A stretch of DNA of 32,000 bases, from positions 720,001 to 752,000 of the forward strand of contig CP011211.1 in NCBI GenBank assembly GCA_001029695.1, in the 5' to 3' direction. Position numbers and translations under genes: made by a program. Shown one piece after another: positions 1-6,727 of the stretch; positions within the stretch are counted from its first letter, which is position 1, and the number at the start of each line of letters is the position of its first letter. The notes beneath the pieces were generated by a model, which worked only from the letters and a program-made list of their open reading frames with translations, did not search any database and had not been told where the DNA came from. This DNA comes from Candidatus Saccharimonadota bacterium (GTDB taxonomy: Bacteria; Patescibacteriota; Saccharimonadia; Saccharimonadales; Saccharimonadaceae).

Positions 1-1
1 A

Positions 2-193
2 GCAAAAGGATCTAGTAAAACTCATGAACTCCCCGAGCGTCGTGATGCGATCGCAAAGGCGCTTGCTATTGCTACAAAAGGCGACACAATCCTCATCACT
101 GGCATGGGACACGAACAATTCCGTATCGTAAACGGCAAAAAGCTACCGTGGAATGATGCTGCGGTGGTTCGAGAAATCCTCGAGAAGCAGTAG
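2..193 (+). CDS. murE: UDP-N-acetylmuramoyl-tripeptide synthetase MurE, C-terminal fragment (5' end lies outside the window)
   Basis: Frame 2 is open from the window edge to TAG at 191-193. The translation ...ERRDAIAKALAIATKGDTILITGMGHEQFRIVNGKKLPWNDAAVVREILEKQ carries the Mur-ligase C-terminal block (D..vLi.GkGHE.yq) typical of MurE. Confidence 0.65.
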   Translation, partial: AKGSSKTHELPERRDAIAKALAIATKGDTILITGMGHEQFRIVNGKKLPWNDAAVVREILEKQ

Positions 194-198
194 GTTAA

Positions 199-1239
199 TT
201 AATACCAATTTTCATGGTGAAGGTGGCTATGTATGCGTAGTGTAATTTTTTCGCCAACGGCTGACCATATACGATACTGAAGTGGCCGTACTGGTACGTC
301 AAACACTCCGACGTAGTCGGTTACCTCTTTATTGAAGCTTGTCTTGAAGCGCCCAATCCCGTAGTAAGGGTGCTGTTCGTTTTTAATTTGATCACTAGGT
401 GGTGTGCCGCACAAATCATGTATCAACGATCCTTTTTCTTTCGCCCATTGAATTACCTCCCATTGTAGAAGATGACTTGCACCATAGACGACTCGTTCGC
501 GGATACTTGCTCCATCTTTATAGGTACTCTTTGTGCCGAAGGTGATCGCGTACGCTCCAGCGACAATCTTGTTGTCGACATAGGCAAAAAAGAGCTGGCC
601 TTGACTGGCAGCGCTGTATCGCTGCCAGTACGTTCGATAGTACTGCTTTGAGCGAATTCGAAAAGAACCTGCCGCCGTCTCGCTGAGAAGCTGGTAGAAC
701 TGCTCGCAATTTTCGTCGCTTGTCTCAACGCGTTGAATTGTAACGCCGTCTCGCTCAGCGCGTCGCAGTGCATGTCGCCCTTTTTGATTGAGAGATGAAA
801 GGATAGTCTCCAGAGGCGGACTGAGATCCAGCGTGACTGTCGATACATTCGGCTGGATCGGTGTTGCGGGGAGAAGATGCATGTTTCGTAGCGCAGCCAG
901 TGTTTCATTTGTTTTTACGAACTCAGGTTCGATCTTGATCGCAAAGACACTACATTGAGAGGCGAACTTCCGTAGTTCGGGGAGGAGGGTAGAGATATCG
1001 TCCGCATTTACTACACCAGGGCCTTTAGAGATGTACCATAGACAGCCGAGTCCAAAAATGCTTTTTTCAAGTACGGTGATCGCAAGTGAATCGGCCATGA
1101 TGAGCCGCGGCGTCCATCCTCCGAGTCGTTTTTGCTCAGCAAACTCATAGCCTTGAAACAAGTTACCTTTGTCTGGGTTCGAGAGAACATATGTATTCCA
1201 CTGATTTCGCTCTTCGTCGCTCGCAAATCTGATATTCAT
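199..1239 (-). CDS. FemAB/FemX-family peptidoglycan interpeptide-bridge aminoacyltransferase
   Basis: 346-aa ORF whose length and sequence resemble FemAB-family lipid II aminoacyltransferases. It sits convergent with murE. The assignment rests on family resemblance only. Confidence 0.65.
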   Translation of the reverse strand: MNIRFASDEERNQWNTYVLSNPDKGNLFQGYEFAEQKRLGGWTPRLIMADSLAITVLEKSIFGLGCLWYISKGPGVVNADDISTLLPELRKFASQCSVFAIKIEPEFVKTNETLAALRNMHLLPATPIQPNVSTVTLDLSPPLETILSSLNQKGRHALRRAERDGVTIQRVETSDENCEQFYQLLSETAAGSFRIRSKQYYRTYWQRYSAASQGQLFFAYVDNKIVAGAYAITFGTKSTYKDGASIRERVVYGASHLLQWEVIQWAKEKGSLIHDLCGTPPSDQIKNEQHPYYGIGRFKTSFNKEVTDYVGVFDVPVRPLQYRIWSAVGEKITLRIHSHLHHENWY

Positions 1240-1247
1240 TATTATCC

Positions 1248-1253
1248 ACTATA
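1248..1253 (-). promoter_or_regulatory. -10 box TATAGT, 8 nt upstream of the FemAB-like ATG (candidate leaderless promoter)
   Basis: The minus strand reads TTGCCGTATAGTggataataATG. No Shine-Dalgarno sequence is present. Confidence 0.4.
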
Positions 1254-1292
1254 CGGCAAGACGCGGCCAGGCTGCAACGCGCCGAGTAAACA

Positions 1293-1301
1293 TGGTATAA
1301 T
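1293..1301 (+). promoter_or_regulatory. Extended -10 TGGTATAAT, 9 nt upstream of ATG 1311 (candidate leaderless promoter)
   Basis: The sequence reads catGGTATAATtaacagattATG, with no SD between the box and the start. Confidence 0.45.
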
Positions 1302-1310
1302 TAACAGATT

Positions 1311-1748
1311 ATGAGTACTATATTTTCTGGATTTGATATTCGTGGTCGCCTCGGCGAGTCGATGACAACTGAAGACGCATGGACGCTCGGTAAGGCCTTT
1401 GCAGACTGGCTCCCCGAAGATGGTCGTGTCGTTGTAGTCGCGAGCTCCACAGCAAACGCAACAATACTAAAAGCAGTTACCGAAGGGCTTCGATTGCAAG
1501 GTAGGGATGTTATAGATGGTGGTCAAGGCGATGCTCAGACCGTCATTCAGATTAGCGTTGGCTCAAAAACCGCTGGCGGAATCCTGGTTAGCCACGATGA
1601 TTTACAAGACCTAGAGACGATTGAACTCTACGAAGCAAATGCCGTACTTATTACGAGTGAAAATGGTCTTTCAGAAATCTCTTCACTTGTCGAAGCAGGA
1701 AACTTTGTTCCCGCAGCGGTCAAGGGTGAGTTAACCTCGATCATATAG
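1311..1748 (+). CDS. Phosphohexomutase (PGM/PMM) domain-I-only protein with a degenerate active-site loop
   Basis: 145 aa. It has the N-terminal FSGFDIRG box. GGILVSHDDLQD occupies the position of the family phosphoserine loop (T/S)ASHNP. The ORF ends at the domain I/II boundary. Confidence 0.6.
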   Translation: MSTIFSGFDIRGRLGESMTTEDAWTLGKAFADWLPEDGRVVVVASSTANATILKAVTEGLRLQGRDVIDGGQGDAQTVIQISVGSKTAGGILVSHDDLQDLETIELYEANAVLITSENGLSEISSLVEAGNFVPAAVKGELTSII

Positions 1749-1752
1749 AAAA

Positions 1753-1800
1753 GCTGGTTTTACACAGAGCCGCCGTAGCGTAACTCTATGTAAAACCAGC
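1753..1800. terminator. Hairpin between convergent genes, with a U-run only on the minus-strand side
   Basis: Perfect 12-bp inverted repeat: gctggttttaca (1753-1764) pairs with tgtaaaaccagc (1789-1800). The A-run at 1748-1752 gives a U-tail for the minus-strand transcript. Confidence 0.6.
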
Positions 1801-1808
1801 CGATGTAA

Positions 1809-2084
1809 CTATCTACTCGTGGACGAGATGATGATTGTAGCACGCCTTTCTGCTCGTAATTCTGGCTTACCTAGAATGATTGCAATGAGGTCTCCTTCTG
1901 TAGTTTTCCCTATACGAGTTGGCGAATCGTCTACATCCACAAATCGTGCTTCAATCGGAGTAGGGTTGTCACCTTTGATGGGAATGGATACGGATGTACC
2001 GTTCTCAATACCCGACGCAATGAGTAGCTCGATCATTTGTGCGCTGTCTTGACTGACATGCACTGCGAGAATACGTTGCATCAC
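1809..2084 (-). CDS. Hypothetical small protein (about 90 aa)
   Basis: GTG 2084 or ATG 2081 is preceded by GGAAGGAGG (SD). It has its own promoter and terminator. I recognise no family. Confidence 0.6.
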   Translation of the reverse strand: MMQRILAVHVSQDSAQMIELLIASGIENGTSVSIPIKGDNPTPIEARFVDVDDSPTRIGKTTEGDLIAIILGKPELRAERRATIIISSTSR

Positions 2085-2126
2085 GCTCTCCTCCTTCCAT
2101 AGTTACGGAAAGACGTAAGCTAATCT

Positions 2127-2155
2127 ATAATAACATTCTTTATAGTATAAGTCAA
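2127..2155 (-). promoter_or_regulatory. sigma70-like promoter TTGACT-17-TATTAT for the 90-aa ORF
   Basis: The minus strand reads TTGACTtatactataaagaatgtTATTAT. Confidence 0.55.
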
Positions 2156-2160
2156 TGTCG

Positions 2161-3033
2161 CTATTTGTGTTTTGTTGAGAGTTTATGGGCAACTCGTAAC
2201 CCAGCTTGATTGTGAGAAAGAATATCATCAGCAAGAGCTTCCTCGGAAGGAGTGCTTTTGACACTTCCTAGTGTTGGGAACACTTCATCTCGAATTGAAG
2301 CTAATAAACGCCTAGTGTCAGCAAACTGCCAATCTTTTAGTCCTTCGAGTCCGAGAACTGCATGAACATCAGTAGTAACTGAATCGTGTGCGTATTTTCT
2401 GCTAGCATCGGCTGAGACCACTCTTCCCTGATCGCCAGTTATAGCAAGTTCTTCAACAGATTTTACGTGGGCGCATACGGTCGCGAGATATGTGTTCCAT
2501 TTTTCATTGACAGATTGTGGCATAATTTCATTAGGGAAGCGATATTTTTTGACACCCTCTTCTTCGATAAAAATATCTAACGCCTCTATCGCACTGTGAG
2601 GGTCAGTGAGGGGTCCATTAAGTCGCTCTGCCAGGAGTTGCTGCACTGAGTTTTTAGCATTCTCTATCTCTGTGAAGCGAGCTTCGTCTGGAAGTCCCGC
2701 TTCCTCGATGATAATTTTTTTATAATGCTCGGCTATTTCTCGAACTCGTACGTTTAGATGTGGGTCTTGTACGCCCGACTTTAGTTTTCCTCTAATAGAT
2801 ACATACTCAGGGTCATCTTCCATGAGATCATATGCTAGATCTTCAACTATTTCATTAAATTCATCTTCTGAGCTATTTTTATATGCGTCATTTAGTCGAG
2901 TGCTTTCCGTGGCAGCTAGCTCGGAAGCCTTCTCCATGCGTTCGAGGAAACCTGATATATCAATATCCAAATCATTGAAATCTGCAAGATTAGCTTGATG
3001 GGTGGACGATGACGGTTTTTCGGCTGTAGCCAT
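2161..3033 (-). CDS. Hypothetical acidic, helical cytoplasmic protein (290 aa)
   Basis: Long ORF with a strong upstream promoter and no TM segment. I recognise no family. Confidence 0.65.
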   Translation of the reverse strand: MATAEKPSSSTHQANLADFNDLDIDISGFLERMEKASELAATESTRLNDAYKNSSEDEFNEIVEDLAYDLMEDDPEYVSIRGKLKSGVQDPHLNVRVREIAEHYKKIIIEEAGLPDEARFTEIENAKNSVQQLLAERLNGPLTDPHSAIEALDIFIEEEGVKKYRFPNEIMPQSVNEKWNTYLATVCAHVKSVEELAITGDQGRVVSADASRKYAHDSVTTDVHAVLGLEGLKDWQFADTRRLLASIRDEVFPTLGSVKSTPSEEALADDILSHNQAGLRVAHKLSTKHK

Positions 3034-3083
3034 AGTATAATACTCTACTTCTTTTTTTATTTTTGCTGTTGTTTATGGTCATT

Positions 3084-3111
3084 ATTATACATAAAAAAGC
3101 TATATTGTCAA
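3084..3111 (-). promoter_or_regulatory. sigma70-like promoter TTGACA-16-TATAAT for the 290-aa ORF
   Basis: The minus strand reads TTGACAatatagcttttttatgTATAAT. Confidence 0.6.
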
Positions 3112-3150
3112 TAGTGACTACAATCTAGCTATACACTGGGTATATGGGAA

Positions 3151-3177
3151 TTAGCACTCGCGCCTTGCAAGTGCTAA
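3151..3177 (+). promoter_or_regulatory. CIRCE operator (HrcA binding site)
   Basis: TTAGCACTC-gcgccttgc-AAGTGCTAA matches the consensus TTAGCACTC-N9-GAGTGCTAA with one mismatch and lies immediately upstream of groES. Confidence 0.85.
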
Positions 3178-3193
3178 TTTTTTTGGTTACAAT
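3165..3193 (+). promoter_or_regulatory. groESL promoter TTGCAA-17-TACAAT overlapping the right half of CIRCE
   Basis: The sequence reads TTGCAAgtgctaatttttttggtTACAAT. The SD ACGGAGG follows, ahead of ATG 3224. Confidence 0.5.
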
Positions 3194-3223
3194 GGAAACA
3201 CAACCAATTAACGGAGGAATTAT

Positions 3224-3487
3224 ATGAGTACACCGATTAAACCGCTTGCTGATCGTGTGGTTGCCGTACGCGAAGAGGCGCAAACCAAAACCGCGAGTGG
3301 TCTTTATCTACCTGATACCGCAAAAGAAAAACCAGTTGTCGCAAAAGTTGTTGCAGTTGGACCTGACGTCGCTGGCGTCAACGTAAATGATCGAATTGTC
3401 TACAAAGACTACTCAACAACTGAACTAAAGATCGATGGAACTGAATACCTGATCGTAAAAGAAGAAGACATTCTTGCTACCGTCTAG
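3224..3487 (+). CDS. groES: Co-chaperonin GroES
   Basis: 87 aa. The sequence IKPLADRVVAV...ASGLYLPDTAKEKP...GKVVAVG is classic Cpn10. It sits upstream of groEL and downstream of CIRCE. Confidence 0.95.
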   Translation: MSTPIKPLADRVVAVREEAQTKTASGLYLPDTAKEKPVVAKVVAVGPDVAGVNVNDRIVYKDYSTTELKIDGTEYLIVKEEDILATV

Positions 3488-3541
3488 GTAGTGTCTGTAT
3501 CTTTTTGATAATAACGAGTAACCCTACAAGGAGTATAGTGG

Positions 3542-5188
3542 ATGGCTAAAAAAGTATTTTATGATGATGACGCTCGCGAGCGTGTGCTCGGTGGAGCAAA
3601 GGCGCTATATGACGCAGTAAAAGTAACCTACGGACCAAAAGGTCGAAATGTGGTGATCGCAAAGGGCTATGGTGGACCAACCGTAACGCACGATGGTGTC
3701 ACGGTCGCTGAATCAGTCGATCTACCGGAAAACGATGATGAGACACTCGGCTACAAGGTCGGTGCAGAACTTATTAAGCAGGCTGCGAGCAAGCTCAATA
3801 AGGTAGCAGGTGACGGCACAACGACAGTAACTGTCCTTACGTACAACATTCTCAAAGAAGCAAATCGTTTGATTGCGGCTGGCCACAATCCACAAGAGCT
3901 TCGCAAAGGTATCGAAGAGGCTGGCGCTGATGTCGTCAAGCAGCTCGATAAGCTTGCTGAGAGCATTGAAGGTAAAAAGGGACGCGTGGCAGAGGTTGCG
4001 ACAATCTCTGCGGGGAGTCGTGAGATCGGCGAGCTTATCGCTGGTGTGATCGAAAAAGTCGGCAAAGACGGCGTTGTTACCGTAGAGGCTGGGCAGGGAC
4101 TTGAGCTTGAGGCTGAAGTTGTTGAAGGTTTCAATCTTGACCGTGGCTGGGTGAGTCCATTCTTCGTGACTGACGCTGGTCGTCAAGAAGCAGTGTACGA
4201 AAAGCCTGCGGTAGTTATTACAGACAAGAAAGTTTCGAGCGTACAGGAATTCCTTCCGATTATCGAAAAGCTTGCCCAGGCAGGCAAAAAAGAAGTTGTG
4301 CTCATCGCCGACGAAGTAGAGGGTGAAGTATTGAGCATCTTGGTGCTCAACAAGCTCAAGGGTGTGCTAAATACTGTAGCAGTAAAAGCACCAGCATTTG
4401 GTGATCGCCGAAAAGAAATCCTTCAAGACATTGCTGTACTGACAGGTGCGACAGTGATTTCCGAAGATCAGGGTTTGACGTTTGAAAACGTAGGACTAGA
4501 GGTAATTGGAAACGCACGCAAGGTCATCGTCGGCAAAGACGACACCACAATTATCGAAGGTGCGGGCAAAGCAGCTGACGTTAAAGCACGTATCACGCAA
4601 ATTGTTGCACAAGCTGACAATGCTTCGAGTGAGTACGATAAAGAACAGTACGAAAAACGTGCTGCAGCGCTTAGTGGAAAAGTTGCTGTCATTAAGGTCG
4701 GTGGCGCTACCGAGACTGAGATCGATGAAAAGAAATTCCGTGTAGATGATGCTGTTGCGGCGACAAAAGCAGCGCTTGCAGAGGGAATTGTTGCCGGAGG
4801 TGGTGTGACGCTTGTAAACCTTTCTGCAACGATCAAAGCCGACGGCGCCGACAGTATTAGTGCTGGTCGTCAGATCCTCAAAAACGCACTTCGTGCGCCA
4901 TTCCTTCAGATTACCGCAAATGCCGGCCTCAATAGTGAAGCACTTCTTGCGCAAGTAGAAGCAGGCAAGATTGGCTTTGGTATCGATGTGAATGCGCCAG
5001 AAAAGGGGCTCGTTGACGTAAAGAAGGCTGGTGTTATCGATCCAGCACGCGTAACGAAAGAAGCTGTGCAAAACGCAGTTTCGATCGCATCAACTGCTGC
5101 GACAATGGGAGCGCTCGTTGTCGATATTCCAGAAAAAGAAGCTCCAGCTCCTGCTGGCGGCGGCATGCCTGGTGGCATGGGCTTCTAG
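3542..5188 (+). CDS. groEL: Chaperonin GroEL
   Basis: 548 aa with AGDGTTTVTVL, the GGG(V/A) motifs and a C-terminal GGM-type tail (GGGMPGGMGF). Confidence 0.97.
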   Translation: MAKKVFYDDDARERVLGGAKALYDAVKVTYGPKGRNVVIAKGYGGPTVTHDGVTVAESVDLPENDDETLGYKVGAELIKQAASKLNKVAGDGTTTVTVLTYNILKEANRLIAAGHNPQELRKGIEEAGADVVKQLDKLAESIEGKKGRVAEVATISAGSREIGELIAGVIEKVGKDGVVTVEAGQGLELEAEVVEGFNLDRGWVSPFFVTDAGRQEAVYEKPAVVITDKKVSSVQEFLPIIEKLAQAGKKEVVLIADEVEGEVLSILVLNKLKGVLNTVAVKAPAFGDRRKEILQDIAVLTGATVISEDQGLTFENVGLEVIGNARKVIVGKDDTTIIEGAGKAADVKARITQIVAQADNASSEYDKEQYEKRAAALSGKVAVIKVGGATETEIDEKKFRVDDAVAATKAALAEGIVAGGGVTLVNLSATIKADGADSISAGRQILKNALRAPFLQITANAGLNSEALLAQVEAGKIGFGIDVNAPEKGLVDVKKAGVIDPARVTKEAVQNAVSIASTAATMGALVVDIPEKEAPAPAGGGMPGGMGF

Positions 5189-5210
5189 AGGACGCTTACG
5201 TCTTTATAAA

Positions 5211-5240
5211 ATACCACCCTGCATGGGTGGTATTTTATTT
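5211..5240 (+). terminator. Intrinsic terminator after groEL
   Basis: ataccaccc-tgcat-gggtggtat followed by tttattt. Confidence 0.8.
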
Positions 5241-5267
5241 GACAATTTATGTTTCTATATGTATTAT
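5239..5267 (+). promoter_or_regulatory. sigma70-like promoter TTGACA-17-TATTAT
   Basis: The sequence reads TTGACAatttatgtttctatatgTATTAT, directly after the groEL terminator. Confidence 0.55.
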
Positions 5268-5308
5268 ATGTTTTGTTCTGACATCAAAAGTGTGAGGAAG
5301 TGGTAACG

Positions 5309-5692
5309 GTGAAAAACTATACAGCAGAGACAGTTCGTCCCGGCGCGGTACGTCCACGGGTGGGGCTTTTGTTCCCCACGCTCCAGCATTCAATAGTGTA
5401 TCTAGAAACGGTCAACGAGGAGGGTAGTGCTCTCATCATTGCGATTCGTGCCGCACCTGTTCGACAGGGCGAGATAACGATTGGCTGTCCAGTCATCATG
5501 TCGCAGGGAGAGGGCTACGCTCATCTACGACAGCTGACAGATTCACGCGGTCATGCTAGGCGCTTCGAGCCTATCGTCGAGCCGAATCCTTCGGGTATCC
5601 ATTTTATGCGGCCGCGAGAACCTGTGGAGTTTGTCGATCTTAATGACCTTTCGGTCAGATTTACCTATATCCCGCACACTATCCGACAGTGA
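5309..5692 (+). CDS. Hypothetical Arg-rich protein (about 127 aa)
   Basis: GTG 5309 lies 8 nt after the SD GAGGAAG; an alternative GTG at 5300 overlaps that SD. The gene is monocistronic between its own promoter and terminator. I recognise no family. Confidence 0.55.
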   Translation: MKNYTAETVRPGAVRPRVGLLFPTLQHSIVYLETVNEEGSALIIAIRAAPVRQGEITIGCPVIMSQGEGYAHLRQLTDSRGHARRFEPIVEPNPSGIHFMRPREPVEFVDLNDLSVRFTYIPHTIRQ

Positions 5693-5708
5693 TTTGAAAC
5701 AGAACATA

Positions 5709-5742
5709 CCCCCGCATGCAAGTGCGGGGGAATTTCATTTTT
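5709..5742 (+). terminator. Intrinsic terminator
   Basis: cccccgca-tgcaag-tgcggggg followed by aatttcattttt. Confidence 0.75.
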
Positions 5743-5766
5743 ACAGAGGTAGAAGCGTAAGAACTA

Positions 5767-5795
5767 TTGACAAAAACAGCTAAATACGCTAGTAT
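5767..5795 (+). promoter_or_regulatory. sigma70-like promoter TTGACA-17-TAGTAT
   Basis: The sequence reads TTGACAaaaacagctaaatacgcTAGTAT. Confidence 0.6.
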
Positions 5796-5839
5796 AAAAA
5801 CCATACAACCAACAAAAACAAACAAGGCACCTTAACAAT

Positions 5840-6538
5840 ATGAATCAAGAAAAACTACCTCGAGAAATTACTGAAGCTCCCGATAGCAATGAGGATGAAC
5901 ATGGACAGCAAATCGAACAAACAAGCCCTGCTGTTGAGGATACTCCTTCGTCTTGGTGGCAAAATATTGAAGCTGGCTCAGCTCAACCAGTGGAGTCTGT
6001 CGATACAGTAAATTCTGCTGCCGAAGTGAATTCTGAGGAAAAGTCTCCCTCATTTTGGCAAAAGATTCGCAAGAATCTATTTAAGAGTACTGCTGTAGTA
6101 GCGGTTGCAGGTGCATCATTTGGCGCGGGCCATGTTACTAGCGAGATGCAATCGGTTGATAAGCCTGAGGTTTCGCAGCCAATGAACGAAGCTACTACAC
6201 CGATGCAACTCGAACAGTTTCCAGAAACGCCACCTGAAGTGCGTGTTACTCCTGCTGGCCCAGAAACATATGAGCTACCTAATAGCGGTTATATAACCAT
6301 CCCGCCTGAGACACCACCTATTCCAGAGCAGAGAGGCATTGTCCAGAAGCCTATTTATGACAACGATGAATTGAGAATTCCCTTGGGTACAGGGCCTGAG
6401 GTTGGACCACCAAAAACGGAACAGATGTTCGAAGAACCGGTCATCAGTAGGCCTGGAGACCATCCTATGGATTCAGTCGAGCCTCGAGAGCCGACGGTGG
6501 ATAAAAATTTCAACATTCGACCTCCTGAAAATCCTTAG
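5840..6538 (+). CDS. Hypothetical membrane-anchored Pro/Glu-rich protein (232 aa)
   Basis: Acidic N-terminal region of about 85 aa, one hydrophobic segment (STAVVAVAGASFGAGHV), then a Pro-rich region. It has its own promoter and terminator. Confidence 0.65.
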   Translation: MNQEKLPREITEAPDSNEDEHGQQIEQTSPAVEDTPSSWWQNIEAGSAQPVESVDTVNSAAEVNSEEKSPSFWQKIRKNLFKSTAVVAVAGASFGAGHVTSEMQSVDKPEVSQPMNEATTPMQLEQFPETPPEVRVTPAGPETYELPNSGYITIPPETPPIPEQRGIVQKPIYDNDELRIPLGTGPEVGPPKTEQMFEEPVISRPGDHPMDSVEPREPTVDKNFNIRPPENP

Positions 6539-6563
6539 TATTGAGATTAACATCTTATCTAAA

Positions 6564-6597
6564 ATAACCCATTCACATCGAGTGGGTTATTTTTATT
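6564..6597 (+). terminator. Intrinsic terminator
   Basis: An 11-bp stem (ataacccattc/gagtgggttat, including one G-U pair), a 5-nt loop, then TTTT. Confidence 0.75.
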
Positions 6598-6637
6598 AAA
6601 CTAAAGTTGTTTATTTGTAAAATATCGTCTATAAGCA

Positions 6638-6666
6638 TTGACAATATATACTGTTTATGCTAGTAT
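6638..6666 (+). promoter_or_regulatory. sigma70-like promoter TTGACA-17-TAGTAT
   Basis: The sequence reads TTGACAatatatactgtttatgcTAGTAT. Confidence 0.6.
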
Positions 6667-6727
6667 GAATACATAAGCTTGATACCAAGCAGATCAATAA
6701 CAAAGGATAGCAATAGGAACCACCACC

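Noticed and set aside
3722-5178. Several long antisense or alternate-frame ORFs inside groEL (for example 3722-4186, 4496-5071 and 4906-5178 on the minus strand).
   Set aside because: They lie entirely within the highly conserved groEL reading frame. They have low-complexity or odd composition and no promoter or SD. They are typical shadow ORFs.
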